From positions 1 to 28,065 of the IMG/VR virus record IMGVR_UViG_3300048578_000341: a stretch of 28,065 nucleotides of DNA. One strand, given 5' to 3'. The notes beneath the pieces were generated by a model, which was given only the letters and a program-made list of their open reading frames with translations, was not told where the DNA came from and made no database searches. This DNA comes from a virus (Duplodnaviria > Caudoviricetes). Positions 24,222-28,065 of this stretch are shown piece after piece (position 1 is the first letter of the stretch; each line of letters opens with the position of its first letter). The translations under genes were made by a program, and so were the position numbers.

Positions 24222-27187
24222 GACACATGCCGGACTACCCAGAGGAAGCTGAACCAGTAAACGAGGTCGAGACGTCGATCTCCAATATTAAGTCTTCGAT
24301 CACGGCATTGAAGACTACGCTGAACGCGCTCATTCAGCAGTACAACGCGCTGGTTCAGCAGATCAACGGAACCCAGGAGAGTGAGACTGGTCTAGCATCG
24401 CGGGTTGCCACGTTGGAAGGTTGGGGCAACTGGCATCTCGAAAACTTTGTGTCGTTCACGGCCCTCAATGCCTGGGGCGGAAGTCCAATGATCGCGTTGG
24501 CTGGTAACCTGGCTGCCACTTCGGTTGCCGCCCCGGCTGGTACGTTTGAGACGCTTGGTGTGTCTGGGGCTGTGTCTGCCGGATCGTTGGTTGTAGGCGG
24601 GGCGATCTCAGCGAACTCCCTGTCGTTGGCCACAGGGTTGACCCTCAGTGGATCTCTTACCGTGGGAGGTCTCTCGGTGTCGGGCACTTCTGCCCTTGGC
24701 GCCGCAACCGCATCGTCCCTAAGCGTCACTGAGGCCACTGTCACCACGACTCGCATAACTACGGCGACTATTTACCGCCTGACGGTGAACAACACCACAA
24801 CATTCGCGTCCACGGCTGCCGTTACGTTCAATGGTGCGGTGACGTTCAATGGGAACACTACGTTCGGTAGGAATATTTACGTTGGATCCGTGAATGTTCA
24901 CTCGTCCTCCAGCGGCCTTGTGGACCACATAGAGGCGAAGTCAGTTGGCGGTGTGTATCCGACGTTCAGCATACGGTGTGGTGCAGACTTTTCGATTGTC
25001 GACACCTACGAGAATGCTGTCGGTGTCGAAAAGATGCGAATTCAACATAGCCCAGCCGCAGTAGTCTATTCCAACGCCGCCGGTCCGATGGTGATCGAGA
25101 GTGGCTCACTGAAGCTTGGAACGTCTGCGACAGGAATCGCTGAGGTCTTAGCGGACGATGGAGACTTGTGGTTGTCATCGGCCACAGGCAAGGACATCAT
25201 CGTAAACGACTCCAAGTTGTACATCGGAAGCGGCAAGGCTGTAGCCGTTTCCTATGACGGCACGAACGGAATCCTGTTTGCGAGCGGCTCCGCTGGGTGG
25301 CACGTAGACAGCGACACCCTGTACCTCGGTGGCGACAAGGAAGTCACTCTCCACTACGATGGCACTGATCTACTCGCCACACTTCCTAGCGGATCGAAGT
25401 TCAAGGTCGACAAGATCCAGTCGATGTTTTTCGCGTCGGATGGATCGAACGGCGCCTCTTACACACCTGCGAATTCGGCCGGACCGCATTTTGTTGGCGG
25501 CCTGTACACTGGCGGAGATTTTGAGGCAGTCGAAGGTGGTGGAGGGATCACTGACGCCCCGCTGGATAGCACACTGTACGGAAGAAAGAATCAGGCATGG
25601 TACGAGTTCGGTTTGACCGACTTGGAAATCGATTCTTGGACTGGATCGTCGAGCATTTCACGGGTTGGAACTGTGACTTCCGGAACATGGACAGGAACAG
25701 CCATTGGTGACGGCCACATTAGTTCCGCGGAAACGTGGCACTCGAAGCTTAGCGATCCAGATGGCGACGGGAAGCTGTATGGCCGCAAGCGTGAGGCTTT
25801 GGCCACGTCAGGGACATGGGAGGAGTTGTCGTTCCTAAGTGACGTTGTTGATCCCCTAGAGAGTGTCTTGTACGCCCGCATGGAAGGCGGCTGGGCGATT
25901 GTGAATCTTGAAGACCTGGGCATAGGAGACTGGATCGGATCGGACTCCATCGTGAACGTCGGGACCATTGTGGATGGTGTCTGGACGGGCACTCCGATTG
26001 ACGACGACTACATCGCCTCGGCCGCTGAGTGGAATCTCAAGGTGGAGGATGTTGACCCAGCCAAAGGACCATCGCTTCGGACTGAAGATCTCTGGATGCC
26101 TCTTGTTGGGACGAGTGGCGAGATCCTCGTCACTGAAACTGGGGGAAATGTCCAGCTAAGTCTGCACAAGGATCAGAATGGAACCGTTACGATTGGGAAC
26201 ATTGGAGCAAACACCGGATGGTTTACGATTGGTGCCTTAGGAACTGCGTACATCTCCACTGCTGCGCATATAACCGGACCATTGGATGTCACTGGTGCGT
26301 CAACCTTCTCGGGTGCGGTTGTCATCTCCTCGCCAGCGGGGCTTGTTGTTTCAGGTGATGCCGGGCTGTCCGTTGCGCACCATGTGACCGTAGCTGGGCC
26401 AATAAACTGCCAGAACGCCGTGGTGTCGGCAACACTCACATCGTCCGGGTACATCGCGAGCGAATCGGGAAATCTCTACGCAGGTGGAACTGCGACGTTT
26501 GGTAATGTTGTGTTCAAGAAGGGGTTGTACGTCAGCGGGGCCATTCCTTCATTCCCGACAACCTCGGCCTGGTATGCCGCGTCGTCTGACGGATGGAACG
26601 ATCTTTCCACCTGGGCAGGGTCGTCATCCATCACGAATGTAGGGGACATCTCTTCTGGAACTTGGAAGTCTGCAATCAACACCACTGCAAGTTGCTGGAT
26701 GTACTCCCTAGTGTGCTCTGCACTCACTTGTACTGGTTCTGTGAGGGGTGAGTGGGCGGGGTCTCCGATTTCGGTTGAAAAAGGTGGCACAGGTCTTACT
26801 ACGGGAGGAACGGCTGGGTATGTACTCACGTCGAACGGACCAACGGTGACCCCGTCGTGGAAGGCATCTTCCGGAAGCGTTGCGTACCCTATTGCCGTCA
26901 ATAAGGGAGGAACCGGACAGACTGGGTACGGCAACTCCGGCCAGGTTCTTATGTCGAATGGCTACGGAAACGCAGCGTCGTGGGAGGATGCTCCAACTGG
27001 AGATGGGTCAGGAGTTACCTATCCAATTTCGATACAGAAGGGCGGTACAGGACTCACGTACGTTGGCAATTCAGGGCAAGTTCTCATGTCGAACGGAAAT
27101 ACGATCGAGTGGAATAGCGTGAGCGGCAGTGGAGGAACAGATCCTTCTTTTAACAGCGTCAGAACCAACGTCCTCTATTTCAATTGA
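24218..27187 (+). CDS. Long tail fibre with N-terminal coiled coil
   Basis: Heptad segment, Gly/Ser/Thr-rich body, repeated D..D..LY.RK, W.GS.SI..VG...G.W and PI...KGGTG.T..G..G.VL.SNG motifs. Confidence 0.85.
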   Translation: MRHMPDYPEEAEPVNEVETSISNIKSSITALKTTLNALIQQYNALVQQINGTQESETGLASRVATLEGWGNWHLENFVSFTALNAWGGSPMIALAGNLAATSVAAPAGTFETLGVSGAVSAGSLVVGGAISANSLSLATGLTLSGSLTVGGLSVSGTSALGAATASSLSVTEATVTTTRITTATIYRLTVNNTTTFASTAAVTFNGAVTFNGNTTFGRNIYVGSVNVHSSSSGLVDHIEAKSVGGVYPTFSIRCGADFSIVDTYENAVGVEKMRIQHSPAAVVYSNAAGPMVIESGSLKLGTSATGIAEVLADDGDLWLSSATGKDIIVNDSKLYIGSGKAVAVSYDGTNGILFASGSAGWHVDSDTLYLGGDKEVTLHYDGTDLLATLPSGSKFKVDKIQSMFFASDGSNGASYTPANSAGPHFVGGLYTGGDFEAVEGGGGITDAPLDSTLYGRKNQAWYEFGLTDLEIDSWTGSSSISRVGTVTSGTWTGTAIGDGHISSAETWHSKLSDPDGDGKLYGRKREALATSGTWEELSFLSDVVDPLESVLYARMEGGWAIVNLEDLGIGDWIGSDSIVNVGTIVDGVWTGTPIDDDYIASAAEWNLKVEDVDPAKGPSLRTEDLWMPLVGTSGEILVTETGGNVQLSLHKDQNGTVTIGNIGANTGWFTIGALGTAYISTAAHITGPLDVTGASTFSGAVVISSPAGLVVSGDAGLSVAHHVTVAGPINCQNAVVSATLTSSGYIASESGNLYAGGTATFGNVVFKKGLYVSGAIPSFPTTSAWYAASSDGWNDLSTWAGSSSITNVGDISSGTWKSAINTTASCWMYSLVCSALTCTGSVRGEWAGSPISVEKGGTGLTTGGTAGYVLTSNGPTVTPSWKASSGSVAYPIAVNKGGTGQTGYGNSGQVLMSNGYGNAASWEDAPTGDGSGVTYPISIQKGGTGLTYVGNSGQVLMSNGNTIEWNSVSGSGGTDPSFNSVRTNVLYFN

Positions 27188-27191
27188 ACAG

Positions 27192-27206
27192 GTGACACTG
27201 TGTCAC
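27192..27206. repeat. 15-bp palindrome copy 15 (exact)
   Basis: 4 bp after the fibre TGA; contains the GTG at 27200. Confidence 0.95.
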
Positions 27207-27646
27207 ATGGGCTTCTCACGATTCATGGAGTTGTTAACGTCGAAGGCTATCCGGCCATTGACTTTGAGACGAAGTATGGACACCGCGACTATCTGGTGTG
27301 TACTCAAAGGTGGAAGTCAGGTTCAGCAGGTGAACGAAAAGGAGTAGCTATCACGGGTTATCCGTACCTCGGAGCGACGCTTGGATCAGGCGCTGATTGG
27401 TACTACTCCGCAGATTGCTACAGGATTGGCCCGCAAGAGGATAAGTATTTCGATCCGTACCCGTACGCCAATTACCAAAACAGCTACGGAGAGGTGGACG
27501 GTGGCTACGAGTGGGAGCACTACTACACTGGTGGCAACTATACCCACACGATTTGGCACAACATGATGGCCCTTGGGTTAGGTGGGTTCGAGTGGCTGAA
27601 GTTCAAGGGCCGTTCTTCCTGGACAACGTACAATGAACGCCCATAG
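27200..27646 (+). CDS. Tyr/Gly/Trp-rich protein, in frame with the tail fibre (possible fibre tip)
   Basis: Same frame as 24218..27187, separated by one TGA; AGGTGA then GTG inside the palindrome. Confidence 0.65.
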   Translation: MSHGLLTIHGVVNVEGYPAIDFETKYGHRDYLVCTQRWKSGSAGERKGVAITGYPYLGATLGSGADWYYSADCYRIGPQEDKYFDPYPYANYQNSYGEVDGGYEWEHYYTGGNYTHTIWHNMMALGLGGFEWLKFKGRSSWTTYNERP

Positions 27647-27684
27647 CGAAGTGTGTGGAGTGGATTCGTAAAGGAGGAGTCGAG

Positions 27685-28065
27685 ATGGCATCTGTAACAG
27701 TTTCCAATCCGTACCAGTATAGTGGGTACACCTACACGCCGTCCGAGTGGACGTCTTCTGACGTTTCGCCCACCTGGGACAACTCGGGCGTGACGAGTCC
27801 GTACCAGTATGAGGCATTCGACTGGTACAATCCGAGTGCGGACCTTGAGGGCTACGGCACCGCACAGAAAGAGGAACTCCAGAAGGAATGGCAGGGCGCC
27901 TTGTCGAAGGGGATGCAGAACCTGACGGATAGAGGTCTGTCGGCCACGACGATTGCCCCTTCCGTGCGGTCTGGATACCAGCGGCAGGAATCGGCGGCCG
28001 AGAACTCGCTTGCCGAGCAGATTGCAGCGATGAAGGTCAACTACCAGATGCAACTCCAAGAGCAG
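27685..28065 (+). CDS. Putative internal virion/ejection protein (3' truncated by the window)
   Basis: AAGGAGGAG RBS; open to the window end; QNLTDRGLSATT plus Gln/Ala-rich helix typical of podovirus ejection proteins. Confidence 0.7.
   Translation, partial: MASVTVSNPYQYSGYTYTPSEWTSSDVSPTWDNSGVTSPYQYEAFDWYNPSADLEGYGTAQKEELQKEWQGALSKGMQNLTDRGLSATTIAPSVRSGYQRQESAAENSLAEQIAAMKVNYQMQLQEQ

Noticed and set aside
202-27206. Palindrome as matS, CRP site, parS or integron attC
   Set aside because: matS has a 3-bp core between GTGAC and GTCAC (5 here); CRP needs TGTGA-N6-TCACA (N7 here); it does not match the parS consensus; there are no RYYYAAC/GTTRRRY ends and no integrase
27185-27206. Selenocysteine UGA with SECIS, or genome-wide UGA recoding
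   Set aside because: The hairpin is too short and lacks a SECIS-like loop, and there is no redox context; many genes use TGA as a true stop in ATGA/TGATG overlaps

Overview
The window is a segment of a tailed phage (or prophage) with podovirus-like structural genes. The host is plausibly in Planctomycetota, which is an inference from protein motifs. Positions 1-3.8 kb are a leftward operon of small accessory genes (CsrA homologue, HTH protein, lipoprotein, 8-aa repeat protein) behind a near-consensus sigma70-type promoter. About 0.9 kb of non-coding DNA and a leftward Zn-ribbon gene follow. A rightward promoter then leads into a putative small terminase, about 10 small genes including a clear Tad1-family anti-defence sponge, large terminase, portal, tRNA-Thr(UGU), scaffold, major capsid, decoration, holin-like, adaptor, nozzle, tail fibre and the start of an ejection protein. 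The strongest unexplained signal is a 15-bp palindrome, GTGACAC(A/T)GTGTCAC, present 15 times (10 exact, 5 degenerate) almost only at gene junctions. It sits next to both promoters, supplies stop codons and probable start codons, brackets single genes like cassettes, and lies 4 nt after an in-frame UGA that splits the tail fibre. No integrase, replication genes or endolysin were recognised. All calls are by eye; no database searches were run.
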